DNA of 64,000 bases, from NCBI GenBank assembly GCA_937891975.1, contig CALAUA010000015.1, forward strand, positions 145,378 to 209,377. Direction: 5' to 3'. Shown in pieces: positions 1 through 8,800 of the stretch; position 1 is the stretch's first letter, and each line of letters opens with the position of its first letter. The stretch comes from an uncultured Bacteroidales bacterium (GTDB lineage: Bacteria > Bacteroidota > Bacteroidia > Bacteroidales > Paludibacteraceae). The translations under genes and the position numbers were made by a program. The notes under the pieces were generated by a model, which was not told the DNA's origin, did no database searches, and was given only the letters and a program-made list of their open reading frames with translations.

Positions 1-13
1 CGAAAATTATCCA

Positions 14-1372
14 TTACTCCCACTTTGCTGAATTGAGATAACCGCGATATACATCACTCAATGACTCTGTTTGTGATTGACCTCCTATGATATAGATGTT
101 GTGGTCATTATCCACCACCACACTTTGGTTTTGTCGAGTGATATATGTGTTTGGTAGTTGGTTGTTCGTAGTGTCAGGTACATACCAGTTCATGCCTTCA
201 TCATCCGAGTATAGCATATCGCTGCGCCATTTCAAATCATTATCTATACCGCCAAACATCATCAAACGATGGTCATATTGGATAATCGAAATGCCTGTCA
301 GCGAATTGAAGCTTGGCTGTGCTATAGAGAAGTCTTTTAGGCGATACCCATCATACGAAGCATATTCTAAATTCCATCTAGTGTTTACCGCCTCACCGGC
401 CATGTTGCGTCCTCCAACTACCATGGCACGTGGGCGCTCGCTGCTACTGCCAAACGACAATGCAGTAAAGTCGCTAATGGGGAAATTCGAGGGTAATATA
501 CCGTTCTTGATACCTGACAATTGCTGCATTACTTCGATGCTATCTTCAGTTATGGTGGCCAATTGCAACTCGCTATTTGTGTTCTGTACCAAGCACCATG
601 CTTTGCCAGCAAAACTCACCACCATATTCACCAGTTTATATCCGCCTACCGTGTTTGTCCATTTATCCCAAGTTAATCCATCAGTTGAGCTATATAGTGC
701 ATTATCATCTATGTAATATAAAGTGTCATGATGTTGTATAATATCGCGCACGTGGCAGGGCGTAGGGAGTGTTGAGATAGTGCTGTTCAGCTGTGTCCAC
801 TTATCGCCTTTGTTTGACTGGTATGCTTGGGTGGACCATCCATTATTCACCAATAGCAGCAATTTGCCACGATGGAAGAAGGCTTTTGTCTCGCAACTCT
901 GCTTAGCAAATATATGCTCTGTCATGCGTTCCCATACAAACAAATCTGGGTTTGCTTTATGCACGTCAATCTCTATGCGATACCATCTCTCGTTCTCTAA
1001 GTTTGATGACACTACGTGCAAATAGATAGGGCGCTTTGTAAAGTCCATCGTATCCACGCCAGTACTCTCTATTATTGTGTCAGGGAAAATAAAACTAGCA
1101 GAACCTGGTGTCTCCATATAAGTTACATATGGAACCACGCTATCTAATCGTGTACCAAACAATAGCGAATCGGCACTGTATATCAATCCCGTATCGCTGC
1201 GATGCTCAATCGTATAGGTCGCTTTGGTCAAACCTATATTAGCGGTGTCTTTGTAGAATGTAAAATTCTTTACCCTTGTTTCCGAAGAAGTGGTGACTTG
1301 CGTGCTTTCCTCATCACAACCCACCAATATTATTCCGATAAATACTAAAAATATGTAAATAAATTTGCGCAT
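14..1372 (-). CDS. Secreted lipoprotein with Kelch-like beta-propeller repeats
   Basis: ORF 14..1507 trimmed to the ATG at 1372, which gives the lipoprotein signal MRKFIYIFLVFIGIILVGC. Recurrent GG-containing blade motifs (MVVGGRN, MMFGGID, YIIGGQS). Confidence 0.6.
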   Translation of the reverse strand: MRKFIYIFLVFIGIILVGCDEESTQVTTSSETRVKNFTFYKDTANIGLTKATYTIEHRSDTGLIYSADSLLFGTRLDSVVPYVTYMETPGSASFIFPDTIIESTGVDTMDFTKRPIYLHVVSSNLENERWYRIEIDVHKANPDLFVWERMTEHIFAKQSCETKAFFHRGKLLLLVNNGWSTQAYQSNKGDKWTQLNSTISTLPTPCHVRDIIQHHDTLYYIDDNALYSSTDGLTWDKWTNTVGGYKLVNMVVSFAGKAWCLVQNTNSELQLATITEDSIEVMQQLSGIKNGILPSNFPISDFTALSFGSSSERPRAMVVGGRNMAGEAVNTRWNLEYASYDGYRLKDFSIAQPSFNSLTGISIIQYDHRLMMFGGIDNDLKWRSDMLYSDDEGMNWYVPDTTNNQLPNTYITRQNQSVVVDNDHNIYIIGGQSQTESLSDVYRGYLNSAKWE

Positions 1373-1389
1373 AGTTACAAAATTTCGCA

Positions 1390-1437
1390 CAAAGATACTA
1401 CTTTTTTTGCACACGTGCAAAAAAAGTAGTACTTTTG
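1390..1437. promoter_or_regulatory. Palindromic divergent promoter pair (two TAnnTTTG -7 boxes)
   Basis: CAAAGATA at 1390-1397 (minus) and TACTTTTG at 1430-1437 (plus) sit in the near-perfect palindrome tactactttttttgcac/gtgcaaaaaaagtagta between two divergent start codons. Confidence 0.55.
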
Positions 1438-1457
1438 TACGTTTTTTTAGTGGAATT

Positions 1458-2072
1458 ATGCTTTTCGAATCATTACTTTTAGATATCAGCAAGTTTTTGC
1501 CGAACAAAAAGTTGCTCCGTGAAAAGAATCAGATGCGTGAGTTGTTAGCGCAGAAGCGTCGAATCTTAACCAAGGAGCAAATTGAGGAAAATTCGGCTGT
1601 TGTTGTATCGCATTTGGAGCAGTTGCCTGCTTTTCAGGCAGCCAAATCGGTACTAATCTATTATCCTACTCACAACGAGGTAGAGCTTTTGTCTTTAATC
1701 AAAAAGTATAAGAAAGAGAAGACTTTTCTTTTTCCAGTTGTCCACCGCAAGTTTATGACGGCTTGCCCATATGAGGGCAATGCCAAGATGCATCGTGGTC
1801 AGTTCAATATCCCTGAACCTACTACCGCGCCCTTTACAGGTCATATTGACCTCATTCTTGTGCCAGGAGTAGCTTTTGATGCCGAGGGCAATCGCCTTGG
1901 ACGTGGCGGAGGATATTACGACCGTTTTATCAACACGCTCTCATCTCATGCCACTCTGGTTGGGGTGGGCTACGATTTCCAACTAGTAAATCATGTGCCT
2001 ACCAATCGCCGCGACAAGAAGATGCACTTCATCATCTCCCCAACTCGTGGCATCATCAAAATTCCAAACTAA
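1458..2072 (+). CDS. 5-formyltetrahydrofolate cyclo-ligase
   Basis: ORF 1365..2072 trimmed to the ATG at 1458. Family motifs: LIYYPTHNEVE, VPGVAFDAEGNRLGRGGGYYDRF. Confidence 0.8.
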   Translation: MLFESLLLDISKFLPNKKLLREKNQMRELLAQKRRILTKEQIEENSAVVVSHLEQLPAFQAAKSVLIYYPTHNEVELLSLIKKYKKEKTFLFPVVHRKFMTACPYEGNAKMHRGQFNIPEPTTAPFTGHIDLILVPGVAFDAEGNRLGRGGGYYDRFINTLSSHATLVGVGYDFQLVNHVPTNRRDKKMHFIISPTRGIIKIPN

Positions 2073-2811
2073 TCTGCTGCTTACGTTGCTCCACAATCTT
2101 CTGATCGGTCTGTGCGGTCAGTTTAGCTTCGCCTGTTCGGTAGTAGTATATCATACCGTATGCTTGACATTTCTGTAGTTTTGCATAGGGTAGTTCATCT
2201 TTGTAGAATGCTTCTACTTGATCCCAGATATCCAAGATGATTGTGTCGGCTTTTTTGCGCAGTGTTTCGGTGTCCTCATATACACGGCTATGCGTTTTCT
2301 TGTGCAACTGATGGCTAGTGTAATCTTCTTTAAACATTTCGTAGTGCACTTTCACCTTGTTGATAGAGGGGTTGTAGATAGCAAATCCTCCTGCTGCGGT
2401 GCGCTTCATTTCGCCGTCGATGATATTTTGTCCCCATTCCATCAATCCTTCCTCTGTAGTCAAGTCGGGTAGGGTATTGCTTTTTGGGTCCAAGTGGTAC
2501 AACTCTTTCTGACTACGTTTTATCTCTCCGCGAATAACGGCTAAGTTCAGTACTTGGATGAAGTGTGAGATGTACATACGCGCATTGTGTATGCGATGAC
2601 GATATTGCTTGTTTGCTGTTACCTTGCTATCAAAATTAGCATGGTATTGTGCCACTTGATTTTCAAACTGCATCAAGAAGCGTTGCGCTTCTGTGATAGT
2701 ACGATAATTGATTGCTTGATCATTGTACGCAGCATTTCCTGCTTGTTGTATTGCTTTCTGCAATGCTCGCAGACGTGCTTGATCTGTTTTTGGTAATCGA
2801 CGATAAGGCAT
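2056..2811 (-). CDS. Conserved hypothetical protein (no recognisable domain)
   Basis: Clean 251-aa ORF, last gene of the ddl / polyprenyl synthase string. Its 3' end overlaps the convergent gene by 17 nt. Confidence 0.55.
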   Translation of the reverse strand: MPYRRLPKTDQARLRALQKAIQQAGNAAYNDQAINYRTITEAQRFLMQFENQVAQYHANFDSKVTANKQYRHRIHNARMYISHFIQVLNLAVIRGEIKRSQKELYHLDPKSNTLPDLTTEEGLMEWGQNIIDGEMKRTAAGGFAIYNPSINKVKVHYEMFKEDYTSHQLHKKTHSRVYEDTETLRKKADTIILDIWDQVEAFYKDELPYAKLQKCQAYGMIYYYRTGEAKLTAQTDQKIVEQRKQQISLEF

Positions 2812-2851
2812 ATATCTCTAAACTCTAAACACTAAACACTAAACTCTAAAC
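2812..2851. repeat. Heptamer word array NCTAAAC (B-word) filling a gene junction
   Basis: tctctaaactctaaacactaaacactaaactctaaacact spans the whole gap between the upstream stop (2846-2848, inside the array) and the downstream start (2811). Confidence 0.9.
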
Positions 2852-3808
2852 ACTCCTCGCAAGCAGCTTCTCCGCCATTTGGCGCAGCTGTTCAGTAGCG
2901 GCATTTTGTGGCAGTGTATCTAGTATTTGCAAGGCTTTCTTGGTGTAATCTGCCACCACTTGTTCACATATCTCGCGCACGCCCAATTGCTCAAAAATCT
3001 CTTTTACGCGTGCAATCTTCTCTTTGTTGTCATCCAGCAATTTTCCATACCAATCTTCCAACTCTTCTCTTGCCTCTAGGCTTATCGCCTCATCACCTAA
3101 TAGCCTCATCGCCTGTAGATATACAAACGTCTTCTTGTTGCAGGCAATATCTCCACCTATGGCTTTACCAAAAGTCTTTGGGTCGCCCCATACATCCAAT
3201 ATGTCATCTTGTATCTGGAAAGCCAGTCCGATGTTGATACCGAACTGATATAGTGCTCTTTGTTCTTCTTCGGTTGCTCCAGCGATGTAGGCTCCTATCT
3301 GCAATGCATTGGCTAGTAATACCGATGTTTTTAGGCGAATCATCATCAGGTATTCATCGATGCTCACATTGTTTTCCTGTTCGAAGTCCACATCATATTG
3401 TTGTCCTTCGCAGATTTCGGTAGCCATCTGGTTAAATAGTTGCAGTACGCGCGCGAGCGTGTGTGTGGGTACCTTACTTAATTGTGTATAAGCTTCTATC
3501 ATCATCTGGTCGCCAGAGAGGATAGCGGTATTTTCGTTCCATTGTATGTGTACTGTTGGACGTCCGCGACGCACTTCTGCTTTGTCCATCACGTCATCGT
3601 GAAGTAGAGTGAAGTTGTGAAAAATCTCTAGTGCCAATGCTGCAGGCAATACGTCTTCATCTTTACCGCCGAACATTTGGCTAGCTATGATTGCCAACTG
3701 CGGACGCACACGCTTACCGCCTGCTGCTAATGTGTAGGCGATTGGTGCGTATAAGCCCTTGGGCTCACGATCCCAATTGAGTTGTAATATCTTGCTATTA
3801 ATATCCAT
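2846..3808 (-). CDS. Polyprenyl diphosphate synthase (trans-isoprenyl, IspB/GGPPS-like)
   Basis: ORF trimmed to MDINSK at 3808. Both Asp-rich motifs are present: LLHDDVMD and QIQDDILD. Confidence 0.85.
   Translation of the reverse strand: MDINSKILQLNWDREPKGLYAPIAYTLAAGGKRVRPQLAIIASQMFGGKDEDVLPAALALEIFHNFTLLHDDVMDKAEVRRGRPTVHIQWNENTAILSGDQMMIEAYTQLSKVPTHTLARVLQLFNQMATEICEGQQYDVDFEQENNVSIDEYLMMIRLKTSVLLANALQIGAYIAGATEEEQRALYQFGINIGLAFQIQDDILDVWGDPKTFGKAIGGDIACNKKTFVYLQAMRLLGDEAISLEAREELEDWYGKLLDDNKEKIARVKEIFEQLGVREICEQVVADYTKKALQILDTLPQNAATEQLRQMAEKLLARSV
3083..3114. repeat. Octamer word TCGCCTCA (A-word) inside the polyprenyl synthase CDS
   Basis: cttatcgcctcatcacctaatagcctcatcgcc, read in frame as MRLLGDEAIS. 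Confidence 0.8.
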
Positions 3809-3840
3809 ATCTCTAAACACTAAACTCGAAACACTAAACG
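3809..3840. repeat. B-word array filling the ddl / polyprenyl synthase junction
   Basis: atctctaaacactaaactcgaaacactaaacg. The ddl stop (3834-3836) lies inside it. Confidence 0.9.
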
Positions 3841-4955
3841 GTGAAATTGTCTTCCACAATTTCACTAAGCACCTGACCAATATTCAATCCTGCTGCGCGT
3901 ATTTGCTGCGGAATAAACGATGTTGCAGTCATACCTGGTGTAGTATTCACTTCTAGCAGATTAATTGTCCATCCTCCCTCTTCGCCTAATCGCCTCATCG
4001 CCTCATCGCCCTCTCGCCTCATCGCCTCATCGCCTGTCAATATATAATCCACGCGAATGATTCCCTTACATCCTAGTATATCGTATATTTTCAGTGTCAG
4101 AGCTTGCACCTCATCGCGCACGCTATCGGGGATACGTGCAGGGGTGATTTCTTCTACTTGTCCGTTGTATTTCGCATCGTAGTCAAAGAACTCGTTGCTT
4201 GTCACCACTTCGGTGATGGGAAAAGCTACGGCTTTGTTTTTAGTCTTGTACACACCGCATGTGATTTCTATGCCCTTCATCTCTGCCTCGCAAATCACCT
4301 CGTCGCCTTCGCCAAAGGCTTTTTCTATCGCGGGTACCACATCTTCCAGAGTCTTCACTTTGGTTACGCCAAACGACGACCCACCTACATTTGTTTTGAT
4401 AAAACATGGCAATCCTACTTGCTTAATAATATCTTCGCCTATCGCCTCATCGCCTAATTGCCTCATCGCCTCTTTGCGCAGCAAAACACTCTCCGCCACA
4501 TTCACACCAAATCCCTTCAGGTACTGGTTGCAGGTGTATTTGTTGAACGTCATGGCTGCAGCCAATACGCCGCAACAGGAGTAGGGTACTCCCACCATGT
4601 CCAAGTATCCTTGCAGCACACCGTTCTCGCCGGGTGTGCCGTGGATAGTGATATATGCAAAGTCAAATTGTATTTTTTCGCCCTTGTAGGTGTATGAGAA
4701 GTCGTTTTTGTCGATATCCACCCACTTTTCAGATTCTATAGGCACGGCACCATTGTGCTTTTCTATCTCTATATTGGTTTCCGCCAATGCGCGCCACTCT
4801 TTCCCACGCAAACAAACAATGGTCAAATCATAGTCATGCCTTGACTCCTGACTTGCGATTTCCGATAAAAACGAGTAGATCCCTGCTGCGCTGCGTAACG
4901 ACACTTCGTATTCCGAACTGTCCCCACCTGCTATGATAGCTATTTTGCGACGCAT
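3834..4955 (-). CDS. ddl: D-alanine--D-alanine ligase
   Basis: ORF trimmed to MRRKIAIIAGGDSSEYEVSLRSA at 4955, because the longer ORF would overlap the tRNA. ATP-grasp motifs: FIKTNVGGSSFGV, LEVNTTPGMT. Confidence 0.9.
   Translation of the reverse strand: MRRKIAIIAGGDSSEYEVSLRSAAGIYSFLSEIASQESRHDYDLTIVCLRGKEWRALAETNIEIEKHNGAVPIESEKWVDIDKNDFSYTYKGEKIQFDFAYITIHGTPGENGVLQGYLDMVGVPYSCCGVLAAAMTFNKYTCNQYLKGFGVNVAESVLLRKEAMRQLGDEAIGEDIIKQVGLPCFIKTNVGGSSFGVTKVKTLEDVVPAIEKAFGEGDEVICEAEMKGIEITCGVYKTKNKAVAFPITEVVTSNEFFDYDAKYNGQVEEITPARIPDSVRDEVQALTLKIYDILGCKGIIRVDYILTGDEAMRREGDEAMRRLGEEGGWTINLLEVNTTPGMTATSFIPQQIRAAGLNIGQVLSEIVEDNFTV
3981..4036. repeat. Seven tandem A-word octamers inside ddl
   Basis: ttcgcctaatcgcctcatcgcctcatcgccctctcgcctcatcgcctcatcgcctg encodes GDEAMRREGDEAMRRLGEE. 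Confidence 0.9.
4434..4473. repeat. Second A-word array inside ddl
   Basis: cttcgcctatcgcctcatcgcctaattgcctcatcgcctc encodes EAMRQLGDEAIGED. Confidence 0.85.
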
Positions 4956-4972
4956 AAGAAGTAAGAATTTTG

Positions 4973-5043
4973 TTGCCAAACTAGGACTCGAACCCAGACA
5001 GACAGAACCAGAATCTGTAGTGCTACCATTACACCATTTGGCA
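4973..5043 (-). tRNA. tRNA-Gln (anticodon CTG)
   Basis: The reverse complement folds as a cloverleaf. Acceptor TGCCAAA/TTTGGCA, anticodon stem ACAGA/TCTGT with loop TTCTGGT, T-arm GGGTTCGAGTCC. CCA is not encoded. Confidence 0.85.
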
Positions 5044-5087
5044 GTGATTATGTCTTCGTAAGACGCATGTCTTTCTCAAATCGGGCA

Positions 5088-5177
5088 CAAAATTACTGCT
5101 TTTTTATTACATATGCAAATAAATTTCACTTTTTTCGTCAAAATATTTGCGTGATTGCAAAAAAAGCAGTAATTTTG
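5088..5177. promoter_or_regulatory. Divergent promoter pair for tRNA-Gln and rplS
   Basis: CAAAATTA at 5088-5095 (minus) and TAATTTTG at 5170-5177 (plus). Both sit in the inverted copies aaaattactgctttttt / aaaaaagcagtaatttt. Confidence 0.55.
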
Positions 5178-5286
5178 CAGCCGATTTTCGACTATAGTCT
5201 CTGGCGATCAGCATAGAGCACGCTTTTTTGCGGCTTGAACAGTAGCGTATACTATAGTTACTTAACCCATTAAAAAACAAAAGAAA

Positions 5287-5640
5287 ATGGATTTAATGAA
5301 AATTGCCGAAGAGGCATTCGCTGGCGAGAAGAAAGAGTTTCCAGCATTCGCTGCAGGTGATCAAGTGACTGTAGCTTATCGTATTAAAGAGGGTAACAAG
5401 GAGCGTATTCAGGAGTTCCGCGGTGATGTTATTTGCATCCACGGTAGCGGTGATAAGAAGCGTTTCACTGTTCGTAAGATGTCTGGCAACGTAGGTGTTG
5501 AGCGTATCTTCCCTATGGATAGCCCATTCATCGAGAAAATTACTGTTAACAAGTACGGTAAAGTTCGTCGCTCTAAATTGTACTACTTGCGTGCACTCAC
5601 TGGTAAGAAAGCTCGTATTCCAGAGCGCCGCGTAAAGTAA
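5287..5640 (+). CDS. rplS: 50S ribosomal protein L19
   Basis: The 117-aa translation is typical L19 ([36 protein letters not shown]). Confidence 0.95.
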   Translation: MDLMKIAEEAFAGEKKEFPAFAAGDQVTVAYRIKEGNKERIQEFRGDVICIHGSGDKKRFTVRKMSGNVGVERIFPMDSPFIEKITVNKYGKVRRSKLYYLRALTGKKARIPERRVK

Positions 5641-5674
5641 TCTTCGATTAGAACGCAATCGCGATTCAGCGAAT

Positions 5675-5708
5675 AAAATAGCCGAGGTCCCCCTCGGCTA
5701 TTTTATTG
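5675..5708 (+). terminator. Rho-independent terminator after rplS
   Basis: Stem gccgagg/cctcggc extended by aaaata/tatttt, followed by a T-run. Confidence 0.7.
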
Positions 5709-5749
5709 AATCATATACCTGTTGACACTGATTGTCATTATCCTCGAAT

Positions 5750-5788
5750 TGACCTTTAAAAACAACAGAGCCGAGAACTTCTCGGCTC
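5750..5788 (-). terminator. Rho-independent terminator for giant gene 1
   Basis: Stem gagccgag/ctcggctc (5768-5788), followed on the minus strand by tgttgtttt. Confidence 0.6.
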
Positions 5789-5800
5789 GTGTTATTGTTT

Positions 5801-5866
5801 ATCTACAGCCACTTTGTGGCGATCTACCATCTACAGGGCTTTAGCCCGATCTACAGCGCAGCGATC
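5801..5866. repeat. ATCTACAG word copies alternating with GC mini-hairpins
   Basis: atctacag-ccactttgtgg-cgatctacc-atctacag-ggctttagcc-cgatctacag-cgcagcg, immediately 3' of the giant gene 1 stop (5867-5869). Confidence 0.8.
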
Positions 5867-8800
5867 TTACAAGCGATGTCCCTGCGCGTCGAAAATGCCC
5901 TCCGCGGTACGGATGATGAGCTTACCGTCGATGAGGTATTTCTCAATGCCTTTCGCCTCATCGCCTACATTACCCACTCCTGTGGTCACATCCTTCTGTG
6001 GTTGGATATGGAGCGCAAAGCGATTCTCGTAACTACCAGCAGACAGAGTAATGGTATAATCGTCGAGCAAGAGGTTAGTGCGTGTATTTGTCTCGTAGTC
6101 AATGAGTTCTACCACCATACCCTCTGTGCCGTCAGGCATACGGAAGGTGTACTCACCTTCGGTGGCAATCTTCACGCCAACAGGCACGATAACCTCTTCC
6201 ATTGGTAATGTGTTACCCGCAAATGGGATGCCTTCAGACAATGTATAGATATTAGGTTTGCCGCTATTGAATACTTTGTTGAGGTCTTTGTTTTGGTCGA
6301 AGGTCGTTGTACCATCTTCATCTAAAGCTACAAATGTTTGGTCTTGCTTTTCGCCTTCTGTATTGGCAAGTTCGAGGCGCATGGTTACAGATGAACGTTC
6401 TGCTTGTGCTCTGCGAGGTGCCGCCAATGGTTCAGGCACCGTTTCATTGATAGGGTTCCAAGTAATAGTACCTGCAAACTGCACCATATAGCCGTAGAAG
6501 GATTTGTAGGTAGCAGTCTTACCATCTTCAGGAGTATAGTTATAACTTGTTCGGTTATTATTGTTGTCAAAAGTATAACTATATTGATAACGGAAACTTG
6601 GTGCTTCAGTTAATTCTTTATATTCTGGATCATTATCTTTATCATATTCTTTCACAGTCGCATTATTGTAACTGGTAGTACCAATCATCTTCCAGTTGCT
6701 ATCTTGCAAGTAGCGATTATGGAGAGTAAGAGTACATGGATGATTTGGGTAAGTGACAGTAAGTTGTTGCGTTGACTGCTGCTGCAAATCAAATCCACTA
6801 CCGATAGATGGGAAGTAGAGACGTAGCATAGAGATTATTTCTTTTTGTCCTTCTATAACATCGCCATTTGCATCAGTCTTATCCACTTCTATCTCATTCC
6901 ATGTGGCATTTTTCTTGTCAAATGCGAGCAGATATCCTTCACCTGCCTTCAACGTGTCCTTAGGAGACATCCACTCCCAGAATGTTGCCGTCTCTGCATA
7001 CCAACCCTTTTGAGCGCGAAGGTCACCGCGATAGCGTTGAATACCCCATAATTCCATATAACCATGCACACCAGATATACTACCTACCACGCAGTCAAAT
7101 GGTAAAGTGAACATATATTGCTCTTCATGACGTTCGTCTTCATTTGTACTACCACGGTGCAATTCCATTGCAAAGAATAGACTCTTTAAATTATTAATTT
7201 CACCATTGCCAGATAGTGTAATCTGTGGTACATTTTCATTCTCCTTGCGGATGAAAAGTACATCCGCATTTACTGTTTTATCTGTAGTAATAGTTAAGTC
7301 TGTTGCTATTTCCCAAACAGCTATGATTCGGTTCGTTTTGAAATCATACACTACGCGCACTTTATATACGCCATTATCCGTGCCCGAACCAATAACCGTT
7401 TTCTGAATAGGTGTGCTAGTTTCTTCGCCAGTTACTTCATTGATGCCGTAGCCCAATAAGTGGTTATACACAGTAGTATCAGTACGAGGTGATTTGGCTT
7501 CTACATACAGAGAAGCAGAAGGTGTTCCGTTGGTAATATTTACGTAAACATCTCGCTCATATACCCAGTTGCTGACATCGCGGAATTTATTGCCGTCATT
7601 ATTAGTATTGTTTCCGTATGGTAATTTTTTTGTACATTCCTTATCTGCATATGCATTGTCACAATGCAAATTGAGATAGCTTGCGTCTGCACTACCTTGC
7701 AGAACAGCTCGGCCGAAATAGTTGGTACGTGGGTCATAACCGAAGCGTACATTGATAACTTTACCTGTACCAACCTTGATATCGCCATATTCATTAGTAT
7801 TCTTATCTTGCAACAATTTGCCAGCTAGGTCATCGTTGTAGTCGTTTGCCACGCAGGCACTTACATCTTTACCATCGTAACCTCCAGAGTTCATAGCTTG
7901 TACCCAATAGTGGTTGTAGAACTCACCTTCGCGTGAAACAAATTCAGTGAATGTGCGGCTAGCTTTTTCGGAGTCTGTCCAATCATGAATAGAGTTCCAA
8001 CCCTTGTTGCTGATATCGCCATCTGTACCCCATGTACGGATGTAGAAGTTACCTGAATAAACTGCTACATTGGTAAGACCTGTACCATCTGCATTAAGTT
8101 TTGCTGTATAGACGTTTGACGCTGTGAATGTTTCAGGTGCGATTGTTGCATGCAAATTGCCGTTCTTATACAACATGACTACACCTGAACGGTAATTAAC
8201 TTCATCTTTACCAGGAGCAAAGAATGAGAGAATATCAGAGGTGCTGGTGACTATATTAGAAGAATACTCCTTACCATTTTGCATGACTATCTTCACTTGG
8301 TATTCATCTGCATCCTCCCAGCAATAATCGCCAGAACGTGAAATGGAAGGTTGATTCCCATATCCTTCATTTTTCATCGTATAACATCCATCTGTACTAA
8401 CATCTTTTACATCTGGTGATTTGCGCCAATTGTCATTCATGTTTTCATAAAACACCAAGAAACTTGTTTTTCCGTTAGTGTGTAATGGCACTTCCGCTTG
8501 TAGATATTTATACTTTCCAGACTCCTCATACACAAATTCCAATGCAATATCTGCATTATAACCAGAACTATACCAATAGTGTATCTTAATTTCGGAATTA
8601 TTGTTCCAACCAATATTGTCATATGTTCCTCCATCTGCTATTGGCACCTTCACTTGAATAGTGATGTGCGTATCTTTTTCTACGGTTACTTGGAATTTTT
8701 TGGTAACAGTTTCCTCGTGCAATGTGTAGTTCACAGTGATGGTGGTTGTGCCATCTTCGTGACCATATACGATGATGTTGGTTCCTGACATGATAGCTGT

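Noticed and set aside
1373-1507. N-terminal extensions offered by the ORF track: 14..1507, 1365..2072, 3834..4979, 2846..3880, 29479.., 30584.., 42075..42743, 45031.., 49465..50751, 62106...
   Set aside because: The extensions run across promoter boxes, word arrays, the tRNA or the upstream gene. Internal ATGs give canonical signal peptides or family N-termini, so the shorter coordinates were used.
2056-2072. 17-nt convergent overlap of the 5-formyl-THF cyclo-ligase and hypothetical gene 3' ends, as a regulatory antisense feature.
   Set aside because: Short convergent overlaps are common in compact genomes, and no additional structure was seen.
5190-5286. Ribosomal-protein leader or riboswitch in the ~110-nt rplS 5' UTR.
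   Set aside because: I can see no convincing conserved structure, and the known L19 leader is a Firmicutes element. This is left as an ordinary UTR.
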